This document shows, piece after piece, positions 61,154-64,000 of a stretch of DNA of 64,000 bases. Positions within the stretch are counted from its first letter, which is position 1. The number at the start of each line of letters is the position of its first letter. The stretch comes from Peribolospora baueri (Eukaryota). The notes under the pieces are model-generated. The model had not been told where the DNA came from. It was given only the letters and a program-made list of their open reading frames with translations, and did no database searches. The translations under genes were made by a program, and so were the position numbers. The stretch spans positions 124,001 to 188,000 of the forward strand of contig JAMDHS010000040.1 of the NCBI GenBank assembly GCA_029717555.1. Direction: 5' to 3'.

Positions 61154-61568
61154 GTCTGATGAGCGTGCATTCCAGCACCTTATTTAACCTCGCGGTCGCG
61201 TTCGCATTCATACCGCATCGTCAGCCAGTTCTGCTTAACCGAAAATGGCCCCACTAGAAACTCTCATCACGTCCAATCAAGTGACAAGAGCTTCTTGCAC
61301 ACTTATAAACTTTGAAAATAGGTTAAGATTCGTTTCAACCCGAGGCTCGCTTTACCTCATAAATCTGATGCGAGTTTTCTGCTATCCTGGGGGAAAACTT
61401 TGCGCAGGAAACCAGCTACTAGATGATTCGATTAGTTCTTTTCGCCCCTATATACCCAAATTTTGACGATCGATTTGTACGTCAGATATCGCTACGAGGT
61501 CTCCACCAGAGTTTTCCTCTGGCCTTCGTTCGCCCTATTCAGGCATAGTTGGTGCACCATCTTTCGGG
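61154..61568 (-). pseudogene. Degenerate internal fragment of nuclear LSU (25S/28S) rDNA
   Basis: The plus strand follows the reverse complement of conserved LSU tracts (GTCTGATGAGCGTG, CCAGTTCTGCTTA, CGCTTTACCTCATAAA, TTCTGCTATCCTG, ACCAGCTACTAGATG, TTCGCCCCTATA, CCCTATTCAGGCATAGTT, CACCATCTTTCGGG) with many small indels. Confidence 0.9.
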
Positions 61569-61881
61569 GGATTTTTTTTCCGAGCCGTCCTATTGTACAC
61601 CCCACCCGGTCGGGTCACGTCGGGTCGCGTGCGTGTCGGCGCTTACTTTATCGCTAAACAAACGTCAGGCCAGGCTGGCGGAGCGAAGAAGAAGCGCCGA
61701 CACCCACCCACGCCGCCCGACGGACGAATAGGGCATGGCGGACACGACACACCAGCACTCGATGGAAACCCAGTCTTGTACTAGAGCGTGTGTAGGCGGG
61801 CAGGCAAGCAAGAAAGGAAGGCAGTCGTCTCGTCTCGTACGTACGTGCCGACCACCCGCCCCGTCCCTCCGCCGCCGCCAT

Positions 61882-63940
61882 TCAACCCGTACCCGCCGAC
61901 TCGGCACCGGCCTCCTCCACCCTCTGTTTCTCCTTCTTCGCCGCCGCCGCTGTTATCCGCTCGATCTCCGCTCTCTCCTCTTCCGCGCTCATTGCCGCAG
62001 GCCGAGGTCGGCTCTGCTGCTGCGCCGGTTTGGCATGCGCAGGCCGAGGCCGAGGCGGACGGTTATGCTGCTGCTGTTGCTGTTGTAGAGACGGGCGCTG
62101 CGGGACCGAGTGCCAAGGTTGGTAGGGCCGATACTGGTGTTCGTGTTCCCGTCCGGCCAAAGGTCGCGACTTGCCTGACCTTGACGACGAGCTCCGGTCG
62201 GTCGCTGGCGGCGGCCGAACATAGGACCGGGCGCCGAGGTCTGTACCGGTGAGGGAAGCACCGACGTCAGAGACGTCTGGAGGCGCCGGGTTGATCTTGT
62301 TAGGGATGTCGAGCAGCGCGCACAACGCTTCCGTCTGTGGGTTCGTGTACCATGGCGCTGGTGACCGTCGTGTGGGAAAGAAGAGAACGTGGCAACAAAG
62401 CACGTTGAGCAGCGGATCAGGTGGGACGGGAACAGATGGAAGCCAGGTAGGAGTCACTCACGCATCCTCGTTTCCCTTCCGCCCGGGTCGACCGGAGATG
62501 GCGCCGTCCTGTGAAACGTCTGCGTCCTCAGAACGTCGAGCGGGTGAGAGTGCGCGGTCGTCAAGCCTTCCCTCTCATCTCCACCGCTTTCGCCGCCACT
62601 TTGCTCCTTCGACAAACGCTCTTTGATCCATCCCATCTCCTTCTCCACCATTTTGCGCAACTCTGCAGAGTCCGGTTGAGGGAAAGGAACGGTTGGGCGG
62701 TGCGAGAGGGGCAGGTAGGGGTGAAGTGCGCGCGTGATGGCGAGCCATCGAGGCGAAAAGCGAAAAATGGGAGGAGAGCTAGATTCGGGTGCGGGTATGT
62801 CGACGATCTGTGGGCATGGAACAAGGAGTGAAACGCGCCTTTCAGCGGCCGCCGGAGTACGTAGGTGAACGAGGGAGGACCAAAAAGCACGAGTGCCGTT
62901 GCCCACCTCTAGGAAGCCACCTTTGGGGGTGCACTTGCTTAATGCCAGAAAACTTGTCGTCCTAGCAGAAGCCAAAGGGGCTTCTGCCGCCGGCTCGGCA
63001 GATGGACCCAAATCCACTTCTGTGGCAGCCGTCTCCTCCGTCATACGGCTTGTGTCATCCGCCGCCGCGGTCTCGTCATCCTCGTCCACATCAATGTCGA
63101 TCGCATCGGGATTCGTAGACGGGGCCATGTCGACCATCACGTCGTCGTCATCAATGACAATCTCTTCCGGGTTTGCAGACTGCGGCGCCTCCTCAGCTTG
63201 CGCAAACGGAATTCCTGACACTGATCCCCAATCGCCTGCCATCTTCGAAGAGCTATCGTGCCGATATAAGGCGGGGAATCTGACGTGCAGGTGCGCAGCG
63301 AACCAGTGCGAAGGCTTCAAGGTCTGGAGGAGGTCCAGAAGCGGAGGGGAGCCAAGGGTGCCTGTGTTGACCTGTTACGTACAGGGAATGAGCGGAAAGA
63401 AACATGAGATACTGCAGAGACAACTGAATGGCTCAATGGGAGCACACCTCCTCCGTAAAGAACCGCTTCTTGCTCAGAAGAGCTCGCAGGTCGCCGTGCT
63501 GCTCGATCGTGTTGGGCCAGTCGTGAGAGAGGAAGATGTCCGGGTTCTCGTCGAGCTAAGCATCGAAAAGGAAATATGGGAGATTGAACGGGTGTACCCT
63601 GTGAAAAGGAAAAGAAGCGTCTCCGGCTTACCATCATCAGCTTGAGAATATCATACCTTCGGACATGGTAGATGCTCCGCATGTCGCCAGCAGAATACGG
63701 CATCCTCTCGAAATGACCTGTCGTGGGCGGCGGGAAAACCAGGTCAGACAACCCAATCCCCCAACCTATCCGTGAGCTCTCTTTGGTTAAAATGGCGAAG
63801 GCGGATGAGTCATTCACCGAGATTGTAATCGTGGGATTTGTAGATGCCTGACGCCCCGGCAATGGTCAGGCCATTCACTTCGACCGCACCCGCAAAACCG
63901 AGAAAATAGATGTTCGGTGCTAGCCAACCTCCGTGATACC
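61882..63940 (-). CDS. DBR1: RNA lariat debranching enzyme, partial (5' end beyond the window); multi-exon
   Basis: [76 protein letters not shown]. Confidence 0.95.
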
Positions 63941-64000
63941 TGAACAGAAAGGGATAGATGCGAAGCCTGATAAATGTTTGGTAAATCAAGCGCGAAAAGC

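Noticed and set aside
61154..61568. Functional rRNA gene
   Set aside because: Only a short internal piece with indels in universally conserved tracts and no flanking rDNA unit; recorded as a pseudogene.

Overview
Intron-rich, GC-rich fungal DNA, most likely a basidiomycete yeast (inferred from gene families and intron style). The window has two parts. (1) About 1-30.2 kb is an accessory region that looks like an aromatic/phenylpropanoid gene cluster with no PKS or NRPS in the window. It holds phenylalanine ammonia-lyase (5' end outside the window), a GPCR-like membrane protein, an alcohol-oxidase-type GMC oxidoreductase, a secreted carboxylesterase, a 4-coumarate:CoA-ligase-like enzyme, an HxxxD CoA-dependent acyltransferase and a Baeyer-Villiger monooxygenase. 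The region carries rearrangement scars: a frameshifted relic of a second BVMO, a duplicated piece of a PAL exon, duplicated promoter-like elements, and a decayed Ty3/gypsy element with a nested insertion. (2) About 31-64 kb is mostly housekeeping: mitochondrial-carrier-like protein, dienelactone hydrolase, DUF4536 protein, CBM48 protein with a nested repeat array, double-RRM protein, xylose reductase, PPR protein, SEC66, a second GPCR-like paralog, OLE1, DBR1 (partial), two intron-containing tRNA genes (one atypical) and a degenerate LSU rDNA fragment. All gene models, splice sites and alignments were read by eye; no searches were run.
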